A stretch of DNA of 39,798 bases from Candidatus Woesearchaeota archaeon (lineage in GTDB: Archaea > Nanobdellota > Nanobdellia > Woesearchaeales > GW2011-AR4): positions 1 through 39,798 of the forward strand of contig JACPMW010000003.1 in the NCBI GenBank assembly GCA_016185805.1. The letters are read 5' to 3'. Positions 6,953 through 12,701 of this stretch are shown in pieces. The notes below the pieces were generated by a model. That model made no database searches. It saw only the letters and a program-made list of their open reading frames with translations, and was not told where the DNA came from. Numbering within the stretch: position 1 is the stretch's first letter; each line of letters begins with the position of its first letter. A program made the translations under genes and the position numbers.

Positions 6953-6972
6953 CGTATAACAGGAATTAAATG
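6953..6972 (+). repeat. Junction core J3: CGTATAA|CAGGAA|TTAAATG
   Basis: Read directly. It is preceded by small stems TTGC/GCAA and CCCC/GGGG (6925-6952). Confidence 0.55.
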
Positions 6973-7034
6973 CAATTAAATTTAAGTTTCCAATGATAGG
7001 GGAATTCTCTCTGATTTGTAAATAGCTAACAAAA

Positions 7035-7592
7035 ATGGAAAGAGTTATTAATAAAGAAATTAATATTAAGGAATTAATGAATAAAATTAAAAACAATTTA
7101 ATGTATTTAGGCTTTGCTTTTTTTGTTAGTTATGCTGCTGCATCCCCACAATTGGTGTATCCGGGTGGTGAAATCATAAGCAATTTTTATTTTGTTTTTG
7201 TTATAATATTTATTTTTTCTTTTTTAGCTATAAGATTTATTATTTTAAATAAAGACCTACCAATAGGACAAAATAAAATCTTAAAAATTACTTCTGCCAC
7301 ATCTTTTGTTTTTACATTATTTTTTATTTATCTCACTTATACTGAAAATACAAGCATACACATCCTAATAGGAACAAAAAATTTAGGCAACATAAATGGA
7401 TTTTACATATTAGCAACATTCATTTTAATTATAATGATTCATATTATCTTAAATTTACAAAAACACATCAAATTATCCAAAATTTTACCGTGTCTATACC
7501 CTTACTTCAAAATGTTTGGTTTGTCTATCATATTACTATTTATTAATATAATAGTATACACAATACTATCGTTTAGTATTTATTGTTGTTAA
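7035..7592 (+). CDS. Polytopic membrane protein (cassette 4 cargo)
   Basis: 185 aa, very AT-rich, with about five hydrophobic helices. Confidence 0.45.
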   Translation: MERVINKEINIKELMNKIKNNLMYLGFAFFVSYAAASPQLVYPGGEIISNFYFVFVIIFIFSFLAIRFIILNKDLPIGQNKILKITSATSFVFTLFFIYLTYTENTSIHILIGTKNLGNINGFYILATFILIIMIHIILNLQKHIKLSKILPCLYPYFKMFGLSIILLFINIIVYTILSFSIYCC

Positions 7593-7676
7593 TACTCCTA
7601 GATTAACTATCTAAAATATCACAAGAATTTTATAAACAGCAAAATTTATAAACTAGCACCCCCATAATCCAATATT

Positions 7677-7826
7677 ATGAAAACAGTAACCATATCAGAA
7701 TTAGAATACAAAACCCTGAAAAAGAAAGCTGAGTTGGATGAAGACTTATTAATGAAACTAATAAGGGGTCTGGAAGATATAAAAGCAGGAAGAATAAAGC
7801 CTTGGAAAAGCAAGTTTACCGATTAA
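7677..7826 (+). CDS. Small ORF (49 aa), possible antitoxin partner of the RelE-like gene
   Basis: Translation: MKTVTISELEYKTLKKKAELDEDLLMKLIRGLEDIKAGRIKPWKSKFTD. It is not in the ORF track (under 60 aa). It converges on the toxin gene with an 11-nt 3' overlap. Confidence 0.35.
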   Translation: MKTVTISELEYKTLKKKAELDEDLLMKLIRGLEDIKAGRIKPWKSKFTD

Positions 7827-8127
7827 GTTTTTTTCTTATTTCTTCCTTGTAATAAGGCATTAAGAGCTTTATTTTGTCAATTGCTTTCTGCTGGTCTTTT
7901 TTGCCGCTTATTGCAACAACAAACACAACTACATATTCATCATAAATCAAATAATAAAAGCGGTAATTTCTTACTTTCTTCTCCCTCAAAAATTTATAGC
8001 CTAGTGGCTTGCCAACATGAGGATTTGATTCTAACTGCTTAATTTCATTGTCAATCATTCTTTGAATAGAAGTGTCTAACTTTTCAAAATCTTTATCAAA
8101 TTCCTCAGTTGTAAATATCCTAAACAT
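7816..8127 (-). CDS. RelE/ParE-family toxin
   Basis: The pattern FRIFTTEEFDKDFEKL...IKQLESNPHVGKPLGYKFLREKKVRNYRFYYLIYDEYVVVFVVAISGKKD is typical of RelE/ParE. The ATG at 8127 is preferred over the track's TTG at 8145. Confidence 0.7.
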   Translation of the reverse strand: MFRIFTTEEFDKDFEKLDTSIQRMIDNEIKQLESNPHVGKPLGYKFLREKKVRNYRFYYLIYDEYVVVFVVAISGKKDQQKAIDKIKLLMPYYKEEIRKKLNR

Positions 8128-8249
8128 AAAAACAATAACAACCAATGCCTATTTAAACATTTGTTTTGAATTATATAATTGACTAAGAGAGAATTCCCTA
8201 AACTATAGTCTCGCTACGCTCGAATTTATTGGGAAACTTAAATTTAACT

Positions 8250-8309
8250 TTGCGGAACGCAACTTTTGAGAACTTCGTAGCTCAAAAGGCATTTAACAAG
8301 GGTTAAACT
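8250..8309 (+). repeat. Junction J4: palindrome, 8-bp hairpin and core CATTTAA|CAAGGG|TTAAACT (8290-8309)
   Basis: Palindrome TTGCG-GAA-CGCAA at 8250-8262. Hairpin CTTTTGAG-AACTTCGTAG-CTCAAAAG at 8263-8288. Confidence 0.6.
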
Positions 8310-8451
8310 CAATAATTTTTAGTGGCTAAACATAGATAGGGGGACATTTCTAACGACTAAAAAGAACTGTGGGTTTGAAATGAAAGTGAAAAACATCTGA
8401 TTGAAAACTAGAAAAATATTTAAAGTTGTTAAATCTAATAATAGCGAGATT

Positions 8452-9762
8452 ATGAAAAAAGAGGCATTAATCACTTTAATAATATTTTTTGCTATTTTCA
8501 TTTCTGGCTGCGGCTCTGGGCCGGGTGCCTTGCCTGCAGCACTGTCAGGGAAGGATTATTCTTATGATATACCTGCTCCATCTGGAGGCAAAGGGCCATT
8601 CAGTTGTGTTGCAACGCCTGATTCAGTGATTCCAACAGGCCTTAGTTTCAATGGATGCACTTTAACTGGAACTGCTCCAACACTTTTAGGAGTATCTGAG
8701 AAAGTATTTTCCTTTAAGTTCTCTATTACGGGTGCTGATGGAAAGTCCTATGGGCCTTTTGATGCTACACTGCCGGTTAGTGTAGGCCCTCCTGAATTTT
8801 TACCACCAGAATTGCCAGAAGCTGGTGTTGGCCAGGCGTATTCATTCAGTTTCTGCGATAATCCTACCGCATTAGATTGTGTAAGCAGTTCTTCAATTTC
8901 AGGCGGCGCTGGCGCTCCTTATACTTTCTCTGCTACTGGCCTGCCGCTGGGGATTTTCCTCAGCCCTAATGGGGAGTTAAGCGGAAAGATACCAGAAGAG
9001 GCGCAAGAAGGAGACAAAACATTCAATGTATGTGTGATAGACTCGGCACGTGTTGAAGACTGCAAGGATGTTAAGCTTAACATGAAGAAAAATGTTGCAC
9101 TGGGATACAAATTAAGCCTGAAATCAAGATTAGACTATAGTGGCGAAGTGGTTAACTTTAATTTTTGCGGCGGGTCTGCTAGGGAAAAGGGATCACTAAC
9201 GTGGGAAATCGATAATGTTGTAACACTTACACAGCCATATGCAGGAGGCTATTTCACTTCAGATGAATATGATGCAAAGGTAGATGAGTACGGCTACACC
9301 AGTGCAGATAATTTTAGGCATTTGCAAGTGCCTGTGAAAGCATCTGGCAGCGCTTCAACTTCACATGATTTCTGCGGTCGCAGCCAAATTGAATGCAAGG
9401 CAGATTCTTTCAGCGCTAGTTATGACCTTAAAATCCCAATAGAACTTAAATTAGACGAGTCGGGGCTTAGTGTATATATTGACTATGCGTATATCAAAGA
9501 TAATCCTGATCTTGAAGCAGGAGATATATCCAAACTGAATTGCGATAGTCCAGGTGCTTCAGAGTACATCCTTAAAAAAATGGCAATAGGATCACCTTTT
9601 GTCCGCGAGGGCGGTTATAGAAAGGCAGTTTTCGATACCAATGGTGGCACACTGACAGGGCAATACGAAGATAACAACCCTTACACTTATGCTTTTGGCG
9701 CAGCTCCAGGAAGAACATCAAGGCAACTGGCATGGTCGCTAACCGTGGAGCGGGTTAAGTAA
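8452..9762 (+). CDS. Secreted lipoprotein with putative Ig-like repeats (cassette 5 cargo)
   Basis: The ATG at 8452 gives MKKEALITLIIFFAIFISGCGSG, a signal peptide with a lipobox Cys. Repeated motifs PTGLSFNGCTLTGTAP and GLPLGIFLSPNGELSGKIP follow. The track start at 8401 is a TTG. Confidence 0.6.
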   Translation: MKKEALITLIIFFAIFISGCGSGPGALPAALSGKDYSYDIPAPSGGKGPFSCVATPDSVIPTGLSFNGCTLTGTAPTLLGVSEKVFSFKFSITGADGKSYGPFDATLPVSVGPPEFLPPELPEAGVGQAYSFSFCDNPTALDCVSSSSISGGAGAPYTFSATGLPLGIFLSPNGELSGKIPEEAQEGDKTFNVCVIDSARVEDCKDVKLNMKKNVALGYKLSLKSRLDYSGEVVNFNFCGGSAREKGSLTWEIDNVVTLTQPYAGGYFTSDEYDAKVDEYGYTSADNFRHLQVPVKASGSASTSHDFCGRSQIECKADSFSASYDLKIPIELKLDESGLSVYIDYAYIKDNPDLEAGDISKLNCDSPGASEYILKKMAIGSPFVREGGYRKAVFDTNGGTLTGQYEDNNPYTYAFGAAPGRTSRQLAWSLTVERVK

Positions 9763-9991
9763 GCACTGGCAGATTTTTAATTCTCAACATAATGTTTATA
9801 TAAACACCTTTTTTCTCTTTCTATATTTACAACAGAAGCTCGCCAGGAATTGAAAAAGCAGGGATAGCAAATGGACAAACACCCGCCCCCTACAACTAAC
9901 TAACGACTAAATTACGAAATGTTCCCCTTGATACTTGTTCTTTATTGCTCACCTTGTTCGCCTGATTGAACACGAGCCACTAAAAATTACT

Positions 9992-10050
9992 TTGCGGACG
10001 CAATTTTCCCACACTTGCGTATGGGAAAAGGATTTAACAGGAATTAAAAT
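9992..10050 (+). repeat. Junction J5: palindrome, 8-bp hairpin and core GATTTAA|CAGGAA|TTAAAAT (10031-10050)
   Basis: Palindrome TTGCG-GA-CGCAA at 9992-10003. Hairpin TTTTCCCA-CACTTGCGTA-TGGGAAAA at 10004-10029. The right side AATTAAAATCAATT is identical to J1. Confidence 0.6.
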
Positions 10051-10061
10051 CAATTTTCTAC

Positions 10062-10475
10062 TTATTGCTTCGGAGGCTCAATACCGAGCTGTTTCCACAA
10101 GCTTAAATTGTCCTCAATGCCCCAGCGCTCGATTATTTTGTTGTTTTTAATGCGTATGATGTCCATCACTGACATGGAAATCTTTTTCCCCGTTGGACTA
10201 ATTCCCATAAATTCCCCTTTCTGCGTGCCGCTAAACACGAATCTGGTTGCGACCTTGTCATTTTCGGCAATCATGTCCTCGATTTTTATCCTGGCATCCG
10301 GGAATGTTTTTCGTAATTCTTTAAAAGAATTCCTTATTTCATCAATTCCTGCCTCTTTTCCGTAAAAGCTGCGGTCGACAAAGTTTTCATCAAAAATTTC
10401 ATCTATAGCGGACAAATTGCCCTTGTTAAATACCTCCTCATAAAAGCGATGCATCAGTTCCTTATTCTTTTCCAT
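10062..10475 (-). CDS. SnoaL-like (ester/polyketide cyclase fold) protein
   Basis: 137 aa. N-terminus reads NKELMHRFYEEVFNKGNLSAIDEIFDENFVD and the C-terminus reads IIERWGIEDNLSLWKQLG. Confidence 0.65.
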   Translation of the reverse strand: MEKNKELMHRFYEEVFNKGNLSAIDEIFDENFVDRSFYGKEAGIDEIRNSFKELRKTFPDARIKIEDMIAENDKVATRFVFSGTQKGEFMGISPTGKKISMSVMDIIRIKNNKIIERWGIEDNLSLWKQLGIEPPKQ

Positions 10476-10476
10476 T

Positions 10477-11282
10477 TTAAACCTCGAAATATTTTATATC
10501 TAAATTTTCAACATCAATAATGGCACAATTCACTTTGTCTTCGGGATAGCTGCTTCCAACATTGATGCATATCGTATTTCCAATCTTGTCTTTCCATGAG
10601 CCGCTCATCTGCGGGCTTTCATGTATGTGCCCGTGCAGCGTTAAAAATGGCTGCTCTTTCTCTATGAAATTTTCACTGACTTGCTTCCGACATGGTTGTT
10701 TTTTAATGTTATATCCAGATTCGTGTTATAAGGTGGTGCATGAATCACATAAATTGTCTTTTTTGGATTGCTTAATTTTTTCAGATTATTCAAATCCTCC
10801 TCAATTGTTCCGCTCTCTTTTTCAGCGCTTCTTATCTCTTCACTAAACAATTGCAGCGGCCCTTTATCATTTTCAAAATCGGGCTTTTCCCAGTCTTTCA
10901 GCCTGAATGGGGTTGGATTGACAAAACTATATCCTGCAATGTTGATATTTTTATTGAATTTCATTGATTTATTATGTATTGATTTCAAGATTCTTGAATC
11001 CTCCAGCACATTGAGGTTTGCCTTGAAATCATCATTGCCCATTATTGCATAGATTTCAGTGTTTTTATTCTTTTCCTTGAACTTCTTGAACAATGGTAGC
11101 ATGATGTTTTCAATGAACTTTTTTTGGATTTTGACTCTTTCTTCAACAGAATTTCCTCCTTTCGGGCATAAGTCACCGCCAATGACAACAGCGCTGCATT
11201 TTTCATCCTCAGCTTTCTTCAACAATCTTCTGTAGAATTCCTCGTTTCCATGAAGGTCTGCTGAGTAGATTAGCTTGAACAT
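10477..11282 (-). pseudogene. Metallophosphoesterase interrupted by a 1-nt frameshift in a homopolymer
   Basis: The N-terminal part carries YSADLHGN, VIGGDL and GNDD and ends at TAG 10662-10664. The C-terminal part (ENFIEKEQPFLTLHGHIHE...DIKYFEV, stop 10477-10479) continues in another frame. One extra A in the A4 run (plus-strand T run 10670-10673) restores the frame. Confidence 0.7.
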
Positions 11283-11284
11283 TT

Positions 11285-11881
11285 TTAAAATTTAATAAAC
11301 TTTTTAAAATCAGATTTTAATTGCTTACTGTTTTTGAAGACAATTCCTGCCATGCCGACTGATTTAGCTACATCAACAAAGTCTTTTACATCATCAATAA
11401 AAATGCATTCTTTTGGCTTGACTTTAAGTTTTTTTGCAGCAAGAAAGAAGATTTTTTTATTGTTCTTAGTCAGACCTACTTTATGCGATAAAATTACTGC
11501 ATCAAAAAGATTGTAGGTGCCTCTTTTTTTGTTAATTTTTTCATGATATGCTATCGAGTTAGATACGATTCCTATTTTATATTTCTTTTTTAATTTTTGA
11601 GCTATAGCAAGAACATCATGCTTTACCTTCGTCAAATTCTCATAACCCAGTCTCCATAGATTTTTGGGGATTTTTTTAATATCTTTTTTATTTAATTTTG
11701 CTATTCTCTTCCAAAAAACTTTTTCAGAGATTAAGTTTTTGCACAAAGGAATTGCTTCTATATTTATTTCACGCCAAAATTTCTTCTTATTTTTGGGCCT
11801 GAATATTTTATTCAATCTTTCAAACCAAAGCCTCTGGTCAACAATAACACCGCCGCTGTCAAATAGAATTGCTTTTATCAT
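11285..11881 (-). CDS. HAD-superfamily hydrolase
   Basis: The start at ATG 11881 gives MIKAILFDSGGVIV. A later block reads FIDDVKDFVDVAKSVGMAGIVF. The longer track ORF runs into the tRNA-Ala gene. Confidence 0.6.
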   Translation of the reverse strand: MIKAILFDSGGVIVDQRLWFERLNKIFRPKNKKKFWREINIEAIPLCKNLISEKVFWKRIAKLNKKDIKKIPKNLWRLGYENLTKVKHDVLAIAQKLKKKYKIGIVSNSIAYHEKINKKRGTYNLFDAVILSHKVGLTKNNKKIFFLAAKKLKVKPKECIFIDDVKDFVDVAKSVGMAGIVFKNSKQLKSDFKKFIKF

Positions 11882-11895
11882 TTTTAATAAAAAAA

Positions 11896-12002
11896 TGGAC
11901 CGGCCGAGACTTGCAATGCGAAGCGCTGCCCGCTTTCCGCAATTTGAACTCGGAGCCTCACCCATGCCATGGGCGCATTATGCCAGGTTTAACTACCGGC
12001 CC
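11896..12002 (-). tRNA. tRNA-Ala(GGC) with a 33-nt intron at the T-loop/T-stem boundary
   Basis: Minus-strand read: GGGCCGG-TA-GTTA-AACCTGGCA-TAAT-G-CGCCC-ATGGCAT-GGGTG-AGGCT-CCGAG-TTCAAAT-[33 nt]-CTCGG-CCGGTCC-A. The G3:U70 pair is present. The intron is about 11941-11909. Confidence 0.85.
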
Positions 12003-12082
12003 ATTAATTTGCAAGAAATCATGATGGTTTAAAAGATTTTCTTAAAAAACATCAAAACAGCTTAAGATTAAAAAATTTCAAT

Positions 12083-12300
12083 CCCGAGAGCGACTTCTGA
12101 AAGTATTGGAGTTTGAAGTGAACCGCTTTTGATTTCATTATTAAATAAATAGGCGAGGCCCGACATGCGAGTGAGCTTCGTTTCACTCGCTCATATTCCA
12201 CTCGATTTGGCAATAGGGGCAGTGGCATAAGCGAGCGAAAGGCGAGCTTTCGCATCTCACTCGAGCACAAATTATTGTGAGTGAAGAACAGATTGAAGAA
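12083..12300 (+). ncRNA. Structured intergenic element, copy 1 of 3 (candidate ncRNA)
   Basis: The 5' hairpin is GAGAGCG-ACTTC...GAAGT-GAAC-CGCTTTT followed by a T-run. GC-rich hairpins follow: GCGAGTGA/TCACTCGC (12167-12190) and GCGAAAG/CTTTCGC (12235-12253). It shares sequence blocks with 28187-28358. Confidence 0.5.
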
Positions 12301-12320
12301 TGAGATTTAACAAAAAAATC

Positions 12321-12536
12321 TTAATTCTTTGCAGCGAGCTTTACATCCCCCTCATGTATCGTCTTTCTTCCTGCGTGCTTTGATATATCTGCCGCTTTCT
12401 TGGAGATCTTTAATGCAATGTCTGTCAATACTTCGGCAAAAGCATCAACTCCATCCTGTGAAACTCTTTTAGCCCCTGCCTTGACAAGGATTCTTGCGAC
12501 AGATGCCTTGGGTATTGTAGAAGTTTTTCTTCCCAT
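12321..12536 (-). CDS. Archaeal histone (HMf-like histone fold)
   Basis: 71 aa. Blocks PKASVARILVKAGAKRVSQDGVDAFAEVL and HAGRKTIHEGDVKLA. Confidence 0.85.
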   Translation of the reverse strand: MGRKTSTIPKASVARILVKAGAKRVSQDGVDAFAEVLTDIALKISKKAADISKHAGRKTIHEGDVKLAAKN

Positions 12537-12579
12537 CGAAAATCACGATTTTCGGGGTTTCGGAAATCTTTGATTTCCG
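12537..12579. promoter_or_regulatory. Two related 8-bp-arm palindromes immediately upstream of the histone start codon
   Basis: CGAAAATC-AC-GATTTTCG at 12537-12554 and CGGAAATC-TTT-GATTTCCG at 12561-12579. Confidence 0.4.
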
Positions 12580-12701
12580 CAACCATAAATCCCCATTAAT
12601 TAAGATATAAGGGAGAAAATTCAAGAAGAACCCCTTAGTCTTTGTGTATCCCTGAAACCTAACATAAGTTATTTAAATAACTTTCGATTTTAGGAATTTT
12701 C

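Larger units (their letters stand above)
3032..10050 (+). mobile_element. Array of five recombination-site-bounded gene cassettes (integron- or dif-module-like) adjacent to the Xer-type recombinase
   Basis: Six directly oriented core sites (J0-J5) share the form 7-nt arm, 6-nt CARGNR spacer, 7-nt arm. Half-sites match across each cassette, and each cassette has its own inverted repeats. The cargo is AT-richer than the flanks and of accessory type. Confidence 0.6.

Noticed and set aside
1469-10061. Calling the locus a classical integron (IntI plus attI plus attC cassettes).
   Set aside because: The recombinase is Xer-length, with no room for the extra segment that distinguishes integron integrases. 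The inter-cassette sites are three local hairpins plus a 7-6-7 core rather than a single R''-L''/L'-R' bulged hairpin. I kept it as integron-like or dif-module-like only.
11882-11965. Some track ORFs carry long N-terminal extensions: HAD 11285-11965, cmk 19141, dtdA 27927, lipoprotein 8401, RelE 8145 and 15570.
   Set aside because: The extensions start at TTG or GTG. They run through a tRNA gene, repeat DNA or promoter-like AT-rich sequence. Internal ATG starts give canonical N-termini.
12052-12270. ORFs 12052-12270 (minus), 28084-28332 (minus) and 28235-28441 (minus) lie inside the structured intergenic elements.
   Set aside because: They share only the peptide QKSLSGL, which comes from the conserved nucleotide hairpin. 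The similarity between the loci follows RNA-type stem covariation, not codon structure.
12301-12325. Junction-like half-sites occur at the 3' ends of the structured elements: GAGATTTAACA at 12302-12312 and AATTAAAATTGAT at 28357-28369.
   Set aside because: Only one arm matches in each case, and no complete 7-6-7 site can be drawn. They are too short to separate from background.
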